A stretch of 64,000 bases of DNA from contig OY970178.1 of the NCBI GenBank assembly GCA_963707915.1, positions 1,120,001-1,184,000 on the forward strand, given 5' to 3'. A model generated the notes under the pieces. The model did not search any database. It was not told where the DNA came from and saw only the letters and a program-made list of their open reading frames with translations. The translations under genes were made by a program, and so were the position numbers. Shown one piece after another: positions 43,552 through 53,446 of the stretch. How positions within the stretch are numbered: the first letter of the stretch is position 1; the number at the start of each line of letters is the position of its first letter. This DNA is from Candidatus Eiseniibacteriota bacterium. Its GTDB lineage: Bacteria > Eisenbacteria > RBG-16-71-46.

Positions 43552-44396
43552 TCTTCGTCATCCTCCCGGCCCACGACGAGGAGCAGGCCATCGGCCCGGT
43601 GCTACGGGCACTGGCCGGGGTCGCGCGCGGACCGGGGCCCGGCTACCACGCGGTGCTGGTGGACGACGGCAGCACGGACCGCACCGTCGCCGCGGCGCAG
43701 GCCGCCGTGGCGGTCAGCGGCGGCCGCCTGCCGCTCACGGTCCTGCGTCACGGCACCAACCGGGGCCTGGGCGCCGGCCTGCGGACCGGCATCTACTGGT
43801 GCGTCGACCACGCGGAGGACGACGACGTCATCGTCACGCTGGACGCGGACAACACCCACCCGCCGGCGCTCATTCCGGCCCTGGCTGCCCGCCTCGACGA
43901 GGGCTACGACCTGGCCATCGCTTCGCGCTACCGGGCGGGCGCGGCGGTACGCGGCGTGCCCGCCCACCGGCGCGCGCTCTCGGACGCCGGGCGGATCCTG
44001 TTCCAGGTCCTCTTCCCCATCCCGGGGGTGCGCGACTACACCTGCTGCTTCCGCGCCTTCCGCGCGGGCGTGTTGCGACGGGCGCGCCTCGCCTGGGGCG
44101 ACGAGCTGTGCAGCGCCCGGGGGTTCGAAGCAGTGGCGGACCTGCTGCTCAAGCTGCGCCCGCTCGGGGTGCGCGTCGTCGAGCTGGGGTTCGAGCTGGA
44201 CTACGGCGAACGCGCCACCCAGAGCAAGATGCGGGTGCTGCGCACCACGCGCACGACCCTCGCCCTGCTCGCGCGGCGCTTCTTCGAGCGCTTCACCGTG
44301 GCCTCGCCCGCGCGGCTGCGTGCCCGCATCGCCGCCGCCGGGCCGGCGCCGTCGAAGGTCACGGCGGCGGGCGCACCCGGGACGGGGACGCCATGA
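43548..44396 (+). CDS. GT2 glycosyltransferase, polyprenol-phosphate glycosyltransferase (DPM1/ArnC-like)
   Basis: ILPAHDEE, VDDGSTD, NRGLG, TLDAD.TH.P, ASRY, RDYTC.FRA, SKM. Confidence 0.88.
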   Translation: MIFVILPAHDEEQAIGPVLRALAGVARGPGPGYHAVLVDDGSTDRTVAAAQAAVAVSGGRLPLTVLRHGTNRGLGAGLRTGIYWCVDHAEDDDVIVTLDADNTHPPALIPALAARLDEGYDLAIASRYRAGAAVRGVPAHRRALSDAGRILFQVLFPIPGVRDYTCCFRAFRAGVLRRARLAWGDELCSARGFEAVADLLLKLRPLGVRVVELGFELDYGERATQSKMRVLRTTRTTLALLARRFFERFTVASPARLRARIAAAGPAPSKVTAAGAPGTGTP

Positions 44397-45487
44397 AGAT
44401 CGCGGTGGTGGTGGGCACGCGCCCCGAGATCATCAAGATGGCGCCGGTGGTGCGCGCCTGCCGGGCCCGCGGCGCACCCTGCCTGCTGCTCCACACCGGG
44501 CAGCACTACTCGTTCGAGCTGGACGGCGTGTTCTTCGCCGAGCTGGACCTGCCTGGGCCCGACGTGAACCTCGAGGTCGGCTCCGGCTCCCGCACGCACC
44601 AGGTCGCCACCGCGATGGTGGGCCTGGAGAAGGTGCTGCGGGAGTGCCGGCCGGACGTCGTGCTGGTGGAGGGCGACACCAACTCCGTGCTGGCCGCGGC
44701 CCTGGCGGCCAACCAGGCCGGGATCGCCGTGGGCCATGTCGAGGCGGGGTTGCGCTCCTACGATCGCGGCATGCCCGAGGAGATCAACCGCATCCTCACC
44801 GACCACGTCGCCGACCAGCTGTTCGCCCCCACCGCCGGCGCGCGGACCATCCTGCTCGGCGAGGGCATCCCGGACGCGCGCATCCACGTCACCGGCAACA
44901 CGGTCGTGGACGAGCTGCAGCTGCAGCTCGGGCGCGCCCGCCGGCCCGGGCTGCTGGAGCGTTTCGGCGTCGCGGCGGGCCGCTACGCCCTCGCCACGGT
45001 CCACCGGGCCGAGAACGTGGACCGGGCGGACCGCCTGCGCGGCATCCTGACCGGGGTCGCCGCCGCCGGCGAGGCGCTCGGCCTGGTCGTGCTGGCGGCG
45101 CTCCACCCGCGCACGCAGGCCCGCATCGCGGCGGCCGACCCGGCCCTGACCGCACGGCTCCGCGTGCTGCCGCCGCTGGGCTACCTCGACTTCCTCGGGC
45201 TCCACGCCGACGCGGCGCTCGTGCTCACCGATTCCGGCGGGCTGCAGGAGGAGGCGTGCTGCCTGCGCGTGCCCTGCGTGACGTTGCGCGACAACACCGA
45301 GCGCCCGGAGTCCGTCGAGGTGGGCGCCAGCGTGCTGGCGGGAGCCGATCCCGGGCGCATCGTCGCCTGCGCGCGGGCCATCCACCAGGTGCCGCGCGAC
45401 TGGCCGAACCCGTTCGGCGACGGCCGCAGCGGCGAGCGCATCGTGGACCTGCTGCTCGACCGGGCAGCCGGCCGGCCTACCGCGTAG
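44393..45487 (+). CDS. wecB: UDP-N-acetylglucosamine 2-epimerase (non-hydrolysing)
   Basis: GTRPEIIKMAP, HTGQHY, GDTNS, HVEAGLRS, MPEEINR, TDSGGLQEEA, TERPE, PFGDG. Confidence 0.95.
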   Translation: MKIAVVVGTRPEIIKMAPVVRACRARGAPCLLLHTGQHYSFELDGVFFAELDLPGPDVNLEVGSGSRTHQVATAMVGLEKVLRECRPDVVLVEGDTNSVLAAALAANQAGIAVGHVEAGLRSYDRGMPEEINRILTDHVADQLFAPTAGARTILLGEGIPDARIHVTGNTVVDELQLQLGRARRPGLLERFGVAAGRYALATVHRAENVDRADRLRGILTGVAAAGEALGLVVLAALHPRTQARIAAADPALTARLRVLPPLGYLDFLGLHADAALVLTDSGGLQEEACCLRVPCVTLRDNTERPESVEVGASVLAGADPGRIVACARAIHQVPRDWPNPFGDGRSGERIVDLLLDRAAGRPTA

Positions 45488-47273
45488 CGAGCGGAGGCGC
45501 GTAGAGGGTCGAGCGCAGCCGCGGGCGACCGGCGGCGTCCGGCCAGTAGTCGATGACGCGCACCACCTGCATCCCGGTCGTCGCGAAGCCTTCGTCGGGG
45601 CTGAGCGGCCTGCCGTCCCGGGTGGTCACGATCGCCAGCCCCGGTCGGAAGCGCGCCAGGCCGTCCAGGTTCATCCGCATGCCGACCGCCGGCCAGTCGC
45701 GGATGATGAAGGAGAACAGGCCGTTCTCAAGCGACATGGTGTCCGCCGTGATCCCGACCATCGCGCGCCGGTCGCCCGGCAGGCCCTGCGCGAGCCGGCC
45801 AATCTCGCGGCTCGCGTCCCGGATGCTGAACCGCAGGCCGCTCCAGTACGCCGCATCGCGCGCGACGTCCCCGGCCAGTACCACCGCCAGCAGCAGCCAG
45901 GCCGGTACCGCGATCCGGCGAACCGCCCTCCAGCGGGCCCAGGCCAGCAGGGCCAGGCCGGCGAGCAGGTACGCCGCGAGCCAGACCGGCGCAAGCAGCC
46001 CCAGCGGCGACAACCCGGGCTCGGCGCCGATCCGGATCCCGGCGCTCGCCCCGGCGAGCCAGGGCACCGCCCAGGTCCGCAGGTAGAGGCCGGCGACGAA
46101 GCCCGCGACCGCCCACGCGGCCAGCCAGTGCCGGGCGCGAGGCCGCCCGGGCTGGACCGAGGGCGCCGCGCCGTCCCCGCCCGCGGCCAGCCCCAGCAGG
46201 ATCGCGAGCGGCGGGACCAGCAGCAGGTAGCGGCGGTCGGGCTGGTAGACCTGCACCGCGAAGAAGGCGAGCGTCAGGACGATCCACCACCAGCAACAGC
46301 GCTCGAGCTCGCCGGCCGGCCGCCGCGCGAGCCCCAGCAGCCGCGCGAGCGCGAGCAGCGCCACCGCGAGGACCAGCGCCGCCTCCTGGGTGTAGAGCCC
46401 GACGATCACCTTGGGTCCGTCCTGCTGGTCGCGGAACCCCTGCCAGAGGAGCGGGCGGAGCCAGGTCGCGACCGAGGTGCCCGGGTGGACCGCCTGCAGC
46501 GTGTTGCTGCGGAACTCCGACGCCACCGCCGACCAGTGCGGGCCCACGAAGGACACCGCGAGGACCGCGGCCCCGAGCAACCCGGTCCCGGCGAAGACCA
46601 GCGCGGCGCGCCGGCAGGCGGCGCGCTCGGCCGGCCGCGTCCGCGACCGGGCCAGCAGCATCGCGTAGAGCGCCGCGACCACCAGGACGGCCGGTGCGGC
46701 CGACGGCTTGGTCAGCATGGCCAGCAGGAGACCGGCCGCGCTCACCGCGCCCCAGGCCGGGGCCGCGCGCGAGCGCAGCGCCGCGAGGATGGCGACGACG
46801 ACGAAGGCGAGCTGCAGGGACTCGGTCAGCGCCACCCGGTTGTGGCTCAGCATGAAGTAGCCCGCGCCCAGCACCAGCGCGGAGAAGAAGGCCGCGCGGG
46901 GCGTGGCCTCGCGGCGCACGAAGCCGTACACCGCGAAGCAGGTCGCCACGCCGGCCAGCGCGCTCAGCACGCGCGTCTGCCACAGCCCCACCCCGAACGC
47001 CTGGTAGACCAGCCACAGCAGGTACGAATAGACCGGCGTGCTCCACAGCGGCGGGTTGTGGTCGTCCATGATCCAGTGCCCGAACAGCACCCGCTGGCGG
47101 GCGTTGTGCGCCCACCAGCCCTCGTCCGTGATGAAGTGGATGTGGAGGTCGCCGGGAGGATCGGCGTCGAGGAAGAGCACGCGCGGCAGGACGACGACCA
47201 GCGCGAGGACCGCGAGCCGCGCGATCTCGCCCCAGGGGATCCGCCGGCGACCGATCCACGCGGGGTCCCGCAT
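45477..47273 (-). CDS. ArnT/PMT-like (GT39/GT83) membrane glycosyltransferase
   Basis: TDEG.W..NAR, FGVGLWQ.R, many TM helices, LTK, RY...L.PPLA. Confidence 0.8.
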   Translation of the reverse strand: MRDPAWIGRRRIPWGEIARLAVLALVVVLPRVLFLDADPPGDLHIHFITDEGWWAHNARQRVLFGHWIMDDHNPPLWSTPVYSYLLWLVYQAFGVGLWQTRVLSALAGVATCFAVYGFVRREATPRAAFFSALVLGAGYFMLSHNRVALTESLQLAFVVVAILAALRSRAAPAWGAVSAAGLLLAMLTKPSAAPAVLVVAALYAMLLARSRTRPAERAACRRAALVFAGTGLLGAAVLAVSFVGPHWSAVASEFRSNTLQAVHPGTSVATWLRPLLWQGFRDQQDGPKVIVGLYTQEAALVLAVALLALARLLGLARRPAGELERCCWWWIVLTLAFFAVQVYQPDRRYLLLVPPLAILLGLAAGGDGAAPSVQPGRPRARHWLAAWAVAGFVAGLYLRTWAVPWLAGASAGIRIGAEPGLSPLGLLAPVWLAAYLLAGLALLAWARWRAVRRIAVPAWLLLAVVLAGDVARDAAYWSGLRFSIRDASREIGRLAQGLPGDRRAMVGITADTMSLENGLFSFIIRDWPAVGMRMNLDGLARFRPGLAIVTTRDGRPLSPDEGFATTGMQVVRVIDYWPDAAGRPRLRSTLYAPPLATR

Positions 47274-47298
47274 CGTCGCCCGCCGCCGACCGGCCGGG

Positions 47299-49959
47299 CT
47301 AGCCCTGTACCGCGCGCAGGGACTCCTGCGCACGCTTGAGCTTGTCCAGCGTCTCTTCGAGCTGCGCGAGGCGCTGGCGCTCGCGCTCGACCACCTCGGG
47401 CTTGGCCTTGGCGAGGAACTCCGCGTTGTCGAGCTTCCGGCGCGTGCCCTCGAGGTCGTGGAGCAGCCGGCCGGCCTCGCGCACCAGGCGGTCGCGCTCG
47501 GTATCGAGGTCGATGAGGCCCTCGAGCGGCAGGAAGACCTCGGCGCCCTGCACCACGGCGGACGCAGCCACCCGCGGACGCGAGCCGTCGCGGGCGAGCG
47601 TGAGGCTCTCGATCCTGGCCAGCGGCCGGATCTGCTCTTCGAGCTTCCCGACCAGGTCCAGCTGCGCTTCGTCGCCGCGCACCACCACCGCGACCGGCCG
47701 GCCCGGGGCGACCTTGTTCTCGGCGCGCAGGTTGCGCACCGCCACCACGAGCTCCTGCAGGAAGACGACCTGCCGCTCGGCCTCGGCGTCGAACCAGGCC
47801 TTCTTCGCGCGCGGCCACGCCGCCAGCGCGAGGGTCTCGCCATCGTGCGGCAGCGCCTGCCAGATCTCCTCGGTGACGAACGGCATGAACGGGTGCAGCA
47901 GGCGCAGGATGCCGTCCAGCACCTTCCACGACACCCAGCGCGCCGTGCGGCGGTCCGCCGGGTCGGCGTCCTCGGCCCAGCGCGGCTTGGTCATCTCGAG
48001 GTACCAGTCGCAGTACTCGGCCCAGGCGAACTGGTAGAGCGCGCTCGCCGCCTCGTTGAAGCGGTAGGTCTTCAGGTTGCGCGTCACGTTCTTCACCGCG
48101 TTGGCGTAGCGCGACAGGATCCAGCGGTCGGCGAGCGTGAGCCGCAACGACGATTCGCGCACCTTCGAGAGGTCCTCGTCCCCGAGGCGCATCTGCACCA
48201 GGCGGGCGGCGTTCCAGACCTTGTTGGCGAAGAACTTCCCGGTCTCGACGCGCTTCTCGTCGAATACCAGGTCCTGGCCGGTGGGCGTCAGGTAGATGAG
48301 GGTGAAGCGCACGGCGTCCGCGCCGTAGTCGTCCATGATCCGGATCGGGTCGGGCGAGTTGCCCAGCGTCTTCGACATCTTCCGGCCCTGCGCGTCCCGC
48401 ACGATGCTGGTGAAGTAGACGTGCTGGAACGGGACCTCGCCGCGGAACTCGAGCCCGGCCATGACCATGCGGGCGACCCAGAAGAAGATGATGTCGGCCC
48501 CGGTGACCATCAGGGAGTTCGGGTGGAAGCGCTCCCCGTCCGCGGTCTCCTCGGGCCAGCCGAGGATGGCGAAGGGCCACAGCCAGGACGAGAACCAGGT
48601 GTCGAGCACGTCCTCGTCCTGGGTCCAGCCCTCCCCGGCGGGCGGGTCGACCGACACCACCATCTCGTCGCCGCGGTACCAGACGGGGATGCGGTGCCCC
48701 CACCACAGCTGCCGCGAGATGCACCAGTCGCGGATGTTCTCGAGCCAGTGGAGGTAGACCTTCTTGTAGCGCGACGGGTAGAACTTGACCTGCCCCTTCC
48801 TCGCCGCGTCGATGGCGGGCGCGGCGAGCGGCGCCATCTTCACGAACCACTGCCACGACAGGTAGGGCTCGATCACGGTGTGACAGCGCGAGCAGTGCCC
48901 GACCGGCACGGTGTAGGGCTCGGTCTTCTCGAGGTAGCCGGAATCGGTCAGCGCGGCGACCACGCGCTTGCGGGCCTCGAAGCGGTCGAGGCCGCGGAAG
49001 TCGCCGGCGCTGTCGTTCATCACCCCGTGCTCGTCCATGACGACCAACTCAGGCAGGCCGTGGCGCTTCGCGGTCTGGAAGTCGTTCGGGTCGTGCGCGG
49101 GAGTGACCTTGACCGCGCCCGTGCCGAACTTGGGGTCCACCATGTCATCGGCGACGATGGGGATCTCGCGCCGCATGAGCGGCAGCACCGCCGTCTTGCC
49201 CACCAGCTTCGCGTAGCGCCGGTCCTTCGGGTTCACCGCCACCGCGGTGTCGCCCAGCATGGTCTCGGGCCGCGTGGTGGCGACCGTCACCGACTGCTTC
49301 GAGTCCTTGACCGGGTACTTGAGGTACCAGAGGTGGCCCGCCGTTTCGACGTGGTCCACCTCCTCGTCGCTGAGCGCGGTGAGGCAGCGCGGGCACCAGT
49401 TGACGATGTAGTGCCCGCGGTAGACCAGGCCCTTGTCGTGGAGCGACTTGAAGGCGTGCAGCACCGCGCGGGAGTAGCCCTCGTCGAGCGTGAAACGCTC
49501 GCGGGTCCAGTCGGCCGAGATGCCGAAGCGGCGCAACTGCTTCAGGATCAGGCCGCCGTACTGCTCCTTCCAGGCCCAGACCTCGCGCAGGAAGGCCTCG
49601 CGCCCCAGGTCGTGGCGGCTGCGGCCGTCCTCGCGCAGCTTCTTCTCCACCACGTTCTGCGTGGCGATGCCGGCGTGGTCCATGCCCGGCACGTAGAGCG
49701 TCTCCCGGCCTTCCATGCGCTGCCAGCGCAGCACCACGTCGCGCACCGACTCGCCCAGCAGGTGGCCCATGGTGAGCGAGCCGGTGACGTTGGGCGGCGG
49801 GATCGAGATGACGAACGGCTTCCCGGCCTGCCGTTCGCCGGCGCGGGCCGACGCGCCCGGCTGGAACACGCCCCGTTCCACCCAGAAGCCGTACCAGCGC
49901 TGCTCGATGCGTCCGGGGTCGTAGGGCTGCTGCAGGGGCTGGGGATCGCCGCGTTCCAA
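47299..49959 (-). CDS. valS: Valine--tRNA ligase
   Basis: PPPNVTGSLTMGH, DHAGIATQ, TTRPET, DWCISRQLWWGH, DVLDTWFSS, KMSKT, C-terminal coiled coil; TTG start inferred. Confidence 0.97.
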   Translation of the reverse strand: MERGDPQPLQQPYDPGRIEQRWYGFWVERGVFQPGASARAGERQAGKPFVISIPPPNVTGSLTMGHLLGESVRDVVLRWQRMEGRETLYVPGMDHAGIATQNVVEKKLREDGRSRHDLGREAFLREVWAWKEQYGGLILKQLRRFGISADWTRERFTLDEGYSRAVLHAFKSLHDKGLVYRGHYIVNWCPRCLTALSDEEVDHVETAGHLWYLKYPVKDSKQSVTVATTRPETMLGDTAVAVNPKDRRYAKLVGKTAVLPLMRREIPIVADDMVDPKFGTGAVKVTPAHDPNDFQTAKRHGLPELVVMDEHGVMNDSAGDFRGLDRFEARKRVVAALTDSGYLEKTEPYTVPVGHCSRCHTVIEPYLSWQWFVKMAPLAAPAIDAARKGQVKFYPSRYKKVYLHWLENIRDWCISRQLWWGHRIPVWYRGDEMVVSVDPPAGEGWTQDEDVLDTWFSSWLWPFAILGWPEETADGERFHPNSLMVTGADIIFFWVARMVMAGLEFRGEVPFQHVYFTSIVRDAQGRKMSKTLGNSPDPIRIMDDYGADAVRFTLIYLTPTGQDLVFDEKRVETGKFFANKVWNAARLVQMRLGDEDLSKVRESSLRLTLADRWILSRYANAVKNVTRNLKTYRFNEAASALYQFAWAEYCDWYLEMTKPRWAEDADPADRRTARWVSWKVLDGILRLLHPFMPFVTEEIWQALPHDGETLALAAWPRAKKAWFDAEAERQVVFLQELVVAVRNLRAENKVAPGRPVAVVVRGDEAQLDLVGKLEEQIRPLARIESLTLARDGSRPRVAASAVVQGAEVFLPLEGLIDLDTERDRLVREAGRLLHDLEGTRRKLDNAEFLAKAKPEVVERERQRLAQLEETLDKLKRAQESLRAVQG

Positions 49960-50167
49960 GTGCGCGCCTCGTCGGTCAGGGAAAGTGCGGGTCGAGAGCT
50001 GCCCCGCCGCCATGGAGAGTCGGGGCACCGAGGCTAGCACACGACTCGAAAGGGCCTCAAACCTGCGGATGCGCCACCGGTCCGGCGGTGCCCGGGCGGA
50101 CCGTTGCCGATCGCGAGCGGACTCCCGGGCTGGCCGCACCCGGGCCCGCCTGCTAGCATCGCCGATC

Positions 50168-51775
50168 ATGCTCTGCTCCGAGGGTCTCCTTCGCCCGAAC
50201 CGACGCCGGCCGCATCCGTTGCGCGCCGTACCGGCCGCGCTCCTGCTGCTGGTCCTGGGCGCGCCTGCACCGCTGCTCGGCTCGCCGCTGGAATCCATCC
50301 CGGTCGGGGACCCGGTCGAGTCGGAGCTGCGCCTGCTCGACCTCCTCGGTCCCGCCGGGCCCGACGAACGGATCCTGCGCCCGCACCTCGGCCTGCGTCC
50401 GTTGCAGCGCTTCGAGCTGCAGGGCCGCGCCGCGCCGCCGGAAGCCTCCGACGCGGCCCGCGCCATCTCCTTCGCGCGGCTTGAGCGCGCCCTCGGACGC
50501 GACGCCGCGCCCTGGTTCGCGCCCCACCCGCGCTGGCGCTCGACGCCGCGCATCTTCGAGGCGACCGGGCCCGACCAGCAGCGCCTCGAGCTCTCCGTGG
50601 CGGCCGCGGGCAGCGCCCTGGCCGATACGGGCGGGCTGCAGGCGGTCTCGGGCTCGGGTCTGCACGCGCGGCTGGGCGCGCAGGTGGACCGCTGGCTCCT
50701 CTACACCGACCTGCTGGCCGGGCGCGTGGACCGGGCGCGCTCCTTCGCGGACCCCATCGTCGCGGGGACCGACCTCGTGGTCCACACCGACGACACCTAC
50801 CTGGCCTACACCGCCGGCGAAGGCCACTGGAGCGCCCGCTTCGGTCGCAGCCGCTGGCACTGGGGCCCGGGCGAGGAGGCCTCGCTGCTGCTCTCGAAGA
50901 CCTCGGCTCCCATCACCGGTCTCTCCTACGAGGTCCACCTGACCGCGTTCCACCTGGACTTCTCCGCGCTCTCGGCCACGCTGCAGCAGGCGGCCGGCGA
51001 GCAGCTCGCCGCCCATCGCGTCGAGTGGCAGCCGCGCGACGCGCTGCGGCTCGGGCTCACCGAGACCGCGCGCTACCACGGGTCCGGCTGGCAGCCGCTC
51101 TACGCCCTCGGCGCGATCCCCTACGTCCTGGTCCAGCGCCTGCAGGTGCAGGACGAGCCCGACTCGTCCGGCCGGCTGCGCAACAACATCCTGCTGGGAG
51201 TGGACGCGGCCTGGCGCGTCGCCGCCGGCACCCGCGTCTACGGCGAGTTCCTGCTCGACGATCTCTCGGCACGCACCTCGGAGAACCCCGACAAGTACGG
51301 CTGGCAGCTCGGCTGGGAGGGCGTGGGCATGATCGGCACCAGCCGCCTGGGCTGGGGCGGCGAGGTCACGCGGTTGTCGCGCTACGTCTACACGTCGTTC
51401 TTCGGACGGTCCTACGAGGCCCAGGGTGGGCCGCTCGGGTTCCCGATGGGGCCGGACTCGCGGCGCATCGCGCTGCGCGGCACCGTCGACCTGGGAGCGG
51501 ACTGGCAGCTGGTCGCGCGCGCCTCGCGCAGCGACCAGGGCGAGAACGGGCTCGACCAGCCCTTCCTGCCCGGTTCGCCGCGCGTCGCGACCGGGACATT
51601 CGAGGGCGTGGTCGAGCAGACCCGCGACCTCGAGGCGGGGCTGCGCTGGTGGCCCGCGAGCGGCGCGGACCTGCGCGCGCTCGCGGGCTACCGCTGGGTC
51701 GACAACGAGGCCCACGTGACGGGCCGCCACAGCGGGCACCCGCGCCTCCTGCTCGAGGCGCGGCTCTCCCGCTGA
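50168..51775 (+). CDS. Capsule assembly Wzi-family outer-membrane beta-barrel
   Basis: Signal peptide; FGR...WGPG...SLLLS, A.HRVE, NNILLG.D, YGEFLLDD, PLG...GPD. Confidence 0.75.
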   Translation: MLCSEGLLRPNRRRPHPLRAVPAALLLLVLGAPAPLLGSPLESIPVGDPVESELRLLDLLGPAGPDERILRPHLGLRPLQRFELQGRAAPPEASDAARAISFARLERALGRDAAPWFAPHPRWRSTPRIFEATGPDQQRLELSVAAAGSALADTGGLQAVSGSGLHARLGAQVDRWLLYTDLLAGRVDRARSFADPIVAGTDLVVHTDDTYLAYTAGEGHWSARFGRSRWHWGPGEEASLLLSKTSAPITGLSYEVHLTAFHLDFSALSATLQQAAGEQLAAHRVEWQPRDALRLGLTETARYHGSGWQPLYALGAIPYVLVQRLQVQDEPDSSGRLRNNILLGVDAAWRVAAGTRVYGEFLLDDLSARTSENPDKYGWQLGWEGVGMIGTSRLGWGGEVTRLSRYVYTSFFGRSYEAQGGPLGFPMGPDSRRIALRGTVDLGADWQLVARASRSDQGENGLDQPFLPGSPRVATGTFEGVVEQTRDLEAGLRWWPASGADLRALAGYRWVDNEAHVTGRHSGHPRLLLEARLSR

Positions 51776-51792
51776 GCGGGGAAGGACGGACG

Positions 51793-53436
51793 GTGCCCCC
51801 GAGCGCGACGCCACCCGCGGAGCCGGATTCCCCGCCCCCGCCGCCGCCGGCCGCCTCCACCGGGCATCGCGGCCTGTGGCTGCTGCTGACGCTGGGCGCG
51901 GCACTGCGCCTCGGCCTCGTCTGGACCGGCGCGTGCGACAACCGGGTGGTCGCGGACGACGCCTTCTACTACTTCACCATCGCGCGCAACCTCGCCGCGG
52001 GCCACGGCGCCACCTTCGACGGCCTCGCCCCGACCAACGGCTTCCACCCGCTCTGGCTGTTGCTGCTCACCCCGGTGTTCGCCCTCGCCGGCGCGCTGCG
52101 GGCGGCCTCCTGGACGGCCGTGCACCTGGCCCTCAGCCTGTGCGCCCTGCTGGACCTCGCCAGCGGCGTGCTGCTCTGGCGGTTGCTGCGCCGCCTCGGC
52201 TCGCCGCGCGGCGCCCACTGGGGCGCGGCGGTGTGGCTCCTCTCGCCGGTCACCGTGATGCTCTCCCTGCGCGGGCTGGAGAGCGCGCTCACCGTGACGC
52301 TGTTCGCGGCGTGGCTGTGGGTGGTCGTCCGGGCCTGCGAGGACGGCGCGCCCGACGCGCGCCGCGGCGTGCTCGTCGGCATCGTCACCGGGCTGGCGTT
52401 CCTCGCCCGCACCGACAACGGGCCGCTGCTCGGCCTTGCCCTCGCGCTGATCACGGTGGGTTCCTGGTTCGCCACCCGCGGCCCGTGGCGGTCATCGCTC
52501 GGCTTCTTCGCGGTGGCCGGCGTGACGGCGGTCGCGGTCGCCCTGCCGTGGTTCGCTTGGAACGTCGCCACCTTCGGCACGCCATGGCAGGTGAGCGGCG
52601 CGGCGAAGCTCGCGAACCCGCAGATCTTCGGTCACGTGCCGGCGGCGCTGGGACACCGCCTGCGCTACCTCGCCGCCTTCGTCTGGGTGCCGGCCTACTT
52701 CGCCGCCGGCGAGAGCATGCGGCACCGCGCGGCGTTCACCGTCCTCGCCTGGGCCCAGTGGCTGACCCTCGCCGCGCTCCTGCCCTTCCTCGTCCTCGCC
52801 CTGCGGCGGACCCGCGCCGCGGTCCTGCGCCCGCTGGCGCTCGGCCTCCTCGCCTACCTCGCGGCGCACGCCGTGGTCTACGCGCTGGTCCTGCGCACGT
52901 ACGTCGTCTGGTACGCGACCGTGCCCACGTTCATCCTCGTGTTCCTCGCCGGCGGCGTGGCGGGCGGCGAGTTGCTCGGGCGCCTGCGGCCCGCGTGGCG
53001 CAGGGCGCTGGCGGTCGCGGCCGCGGCGGCGGGGATCGCGGTCTTCGCGCAGTACTTCGGCGCCACGAAGTTCCTGCCGCGCGGCGAGGAGTTCGTGGTG
53101 CGGCCCATCCTGACGAAGATCGCGACCCAGGCCCCGGGCACCCGCACGGTCGGGGTCTTCAATGCCGGCGCGGCCGGCTACTTCGCCCCCGAGATCGGCC
53201 CGTTCACCGTGGTGAACCTCGACGGGCTGGTGAACAACCCGTCGGTGGCGGCCTGGCAGGCGGGGCGCTACCTCGAGTACCTCGACCGCAACGTGGACGT
53301 GGTCATCAACGACGCCGACGGCACGCTGAACTTCCTGCTCGGCCCGGGGGGCCGCGCGCGCTTCGACGCGCGCTACCCGCTCTGGTCGCCGGCCTCGCTG
53401 GTCCGCGGGCCGCGGCTCGCCGCGCCGGTGCGCTGA
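51793..53436 (+). CDS. Multi-pass membrane GT-C-like glycosyltransferase
   Basis: DDAFYYF.IARN...G.G.TFDG...TNGFHPLW, GLES, LAR.D, VNLDGLVN. Confidence 0.75.
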   Translation: MPPSATPPAEPDSPPPPPPAASTGHRGLWLLLTLGAALRLGLVWTGACDNRVVADDAFYYFTIARNLAAGHGATFDGLAPTNGFHPLWLLLLTPVFALAGALRAASWTAVHLALSLCALLDLASGVLLWRLLRRLGSPRGAHWGAAVWLLSPVTVMLSLRGLESALTVTLFAAWLWVVVRACEDGAPDARRGVLVGIVTGLAFLARTDNGPLLGLALALITVGSWFATRGPWRSSLGFFAVAGVTAVAVALPWFAWNVATFGTPWQVSGAAKLANPQIFGHVPAALGHRLRYLAAFVWVPAYFAAGESMRHRAAFTVLAWAQWLTLAALLPFLVLALRRTRAAVLRPLALGLLAYLAAHAVVYALVLRTYVVWYATVPTFILVFLAGGVAGGELLGRLRPAWRRALAVAAAAAGIAVFAQYFGATKFLPRGEEFVVRPILTKIATQAPGTRTVGVFNAGAAGYFAPEIGPFTVVNLDGLVNNPSVAAWQAGRYLEYLDRNVDVVINDADGTLNFLLGPGGRARFDARYPLWSPASLVRGPRLAAPVR

Positions 53437-53446
53437 GCGCGGCCGG

